64,000 nt of DNA, from contig JBAZTR010000003.1 of the NCBI GenBank assembly GCA_041661745.1, forward strand, positions 91,007 to 155,006, read 5' to 3'. Origin of the DNA: Patescibacteria group bacterium. Its GTDB lineage: Bacteria; Patescibacteriota; Patescibacteriia; UBA9934; GWF2-40-263. Below, piece by piece: positions 63,893 to 64,000 of the stretch. The translations under genes were made by a program, and so were the position numbers. Under the pieces are notes generated by a model. It was not told the DNA's origin. It made no database searches and saw only the letters and a program-made list of their open reading frames with translations. Numbering within the stretch: position 1 is the first letter of the stretch; each line of letters begins with the position of its first letter.

Positions 63893-64000
63893 TATTCAAT
63901 CGGCTCTACGGCGGTTTCTGATACTTTCCCGTTCTTAAGGCCATCAAGCCTTGATTTGACCAATTCATTATTTGGATTTAATTCAAGAACTTTTTCAACC
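63893..64000 (-). CDS. 3' end of a hypothetical protein (5' part beyond the window)
   Basis: Minus-strand frame reads ...VEKVLELNPNNELVKSRLDGLKNGKVSETAVEPIE then stop (tta at 63893-63895). Confidence 0.3.

Overview
The window reads as a Patescibacteria/CPR-like chromosome segment. By eye the background is roughly 40-48% GC, with compact genes and many small hypothetical proteins. It holds the replication-origin gene neighbourhood (dnaA-dnaN divergent from rpmH-rnpA-yidD, with a perfect DnaA box between them). Cell-envelope and glycan genes include a class A PBP, a D-Ala-D-Ala carboxypeptidase, SpoIID, 3D and LysM/M23 proteins, Wzx, an O-antigen ligase, a heptose-type nucleotidyltransferase and GalU. 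There is an Fe-S assembly cluster (iscS-iscU-ferredoxin-oxidoreductase) next to a VIT iron transporter, and housekeeping genes (ruvB, tig, hppA, rnhB, comM, lspA, dksA, pnp, rpsO, ychF, nfo). I find 7 tRNA genes, no rRNA and no CRISPR array. The unusual content is as follows. (1) Four of the seven tRNA genes are preceded, in tRNA orientation, by a partial duplicate of their own 5' end followed by a conserved GC-rich hairpin (stem TCC(C)GCC...GGCGG(G)A); at tRNA-Ser this element carries a YhbQ-like GIY-YIG nuclease gene. (2) A tandem array of five paralogous T4SS/VirB2-like pilin genes. (3) Three sharply higher-GC islands (about 25.5-29.6 kb, 51.3-52.3 kb and 60.8-61.9 kb) encode only hypothetical secreted or membrane proteins, yet sit in AT-rich, native-looking regulatory context. 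(4) A four-helix-bundle (IVS-type) gene flanked by two copies of a ~150 bp palindromic element built from 10-bp phased GAAGGGTT repeats lies, together with a NYN gene, between rpsO and pnp. (5) A YidD-P-loop kinase fusion. (6) A ~700 bp non-coding region with DnaA boxes and a possible structured RNA. All coordinates are from manual reading; GC statements are by-eye estimates.
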